A stretch of DNA of 64,000 bases, from the NCBI GenBank assembly GCA_963822945.1, contig CAWGJO010000024.1, forward strand, positions 1 to 64,000, given 5' to 3'. This DNA comes from an uncultured Gemmatimonadaceae bacterium (GTDB taxonomy: Bacteria > Gemmatimonadota > Gemmatimonadetes > Gemmatimonadales > Gemmatimonadaceae). Of this stretch, positions 63,678 through 64,000 are shown piece after piece. The translations under genes and the position numbers were made by a program. The notes under the pieces are model-generated. The model was not told where the DNA came from. It did no database searches and worked only from the letters and a program-made list of their open reading frames with translations. The stretch's first letter is position 1. The number at the start of each line of letters is the position of its first letter.

Positions 63678-64000
63678 TATTCCAGACCGGAGAGAATCTC
63701 GGGGACCGTCTCAGCGGTCACCGATTCCAGGAAGTCCTCGTTCACCATCACCGGTGTCGCGAAGCCGCAGGCGCCGAGGCACTCCACTTCGATGACGGTG
63801 TACTTGCCGTCCGGCGAGGTGACGCCCAGCTCCTCGCAACCGGTGTGCCGCAGGAAGGCATCGCGTACGTCCTCGGCGCCGCAGACGGCGCAGGGCGACG
63901 TGGTGCACACCTGGATGAAGTATTTCCCCACGGGATGCTGGTGGTACATCGTATAGAACGTCACCACGCCCTTCACGTAGGCCGGCGTGAGTTCGAGGAC
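63677..64000 (-). CDS. nuoE: NADH-quinone oxidoreductase subunit E (5' partial)
   Basis: VTFYTMY, CTTSPC and ECLGAC; the frame runs off the window end. Confidence 0.93.
   Translation of the reverse strand, partial: VLELTPAYVKGVVTFYTMYHQHPVGKYFIQVCTTSPCAVCGAEDVRDAFLRHTGCEELGVTSPDGKYTVIEVECLGACGFATPVMVNEDFLESVTAETVPEILSGLE

Overview
A high-GC, gene-dense bacterial chromosome segment. Gene content and order suggest Gemmatimonadota (inference), and scattered single-base frameshifts suggest long-read assembly error. It is almost all housekeeping: I saw no prophage, IS element or CRISPR array. The window appears to span the replication terminus. Genes run almost entirely on + up to 13626 and entirely on - from 14030 to the end. 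The AT-rich gap between them holds a well-formed 28-bp dif site (13820-13847), and xerD lies about 18 kb away. Left arm (+): TPR/FxLYD-like protein, DUF512 radical-SAM-like protein, der-plsY-gpsA-merR-surE-pcm-acyP-apt, a divergent LysR/YeiH pair, a GT-C-like membrane protein, tRNA-Arg(CCT) and a YfgM-like TPR protein. Right arm (-), read from the right end: nuoE-N; pgm-UPF0182-carbamate kinase-sucCD-ndk-TonB receptor; yceD-rpmF-plsX-fabHDG-acpP-fabF-mqnEAC-ispF-dedA-xerD-trpG/pabA; then a roughly 16.5-kb, 15-gene envelope operon (kdsB-pyrG-kdsA-kdsC-kdsD-lptC-lptA-like-lptB-rpoN-GT2-GT4-flippase-like-YfhO-polyprenol-P glycosyltransferase-dapF). The best candidate for undescribed biology is this envelope operon. 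It has an LptB with a 158-aa extra N-terminal domain that may be a winged helix, an oversized LptA-like protein, a coupled lipid-carrier/GT-C glycosylation module with an unknown acceptor, and a sigma54 motif on top of the predicted sigma70 start site. Also notable are an MqnE with a non-canonical CX5CX2C motif and hairpin-rich DNA flanking dif. All annotation is by eye; no searches were run.
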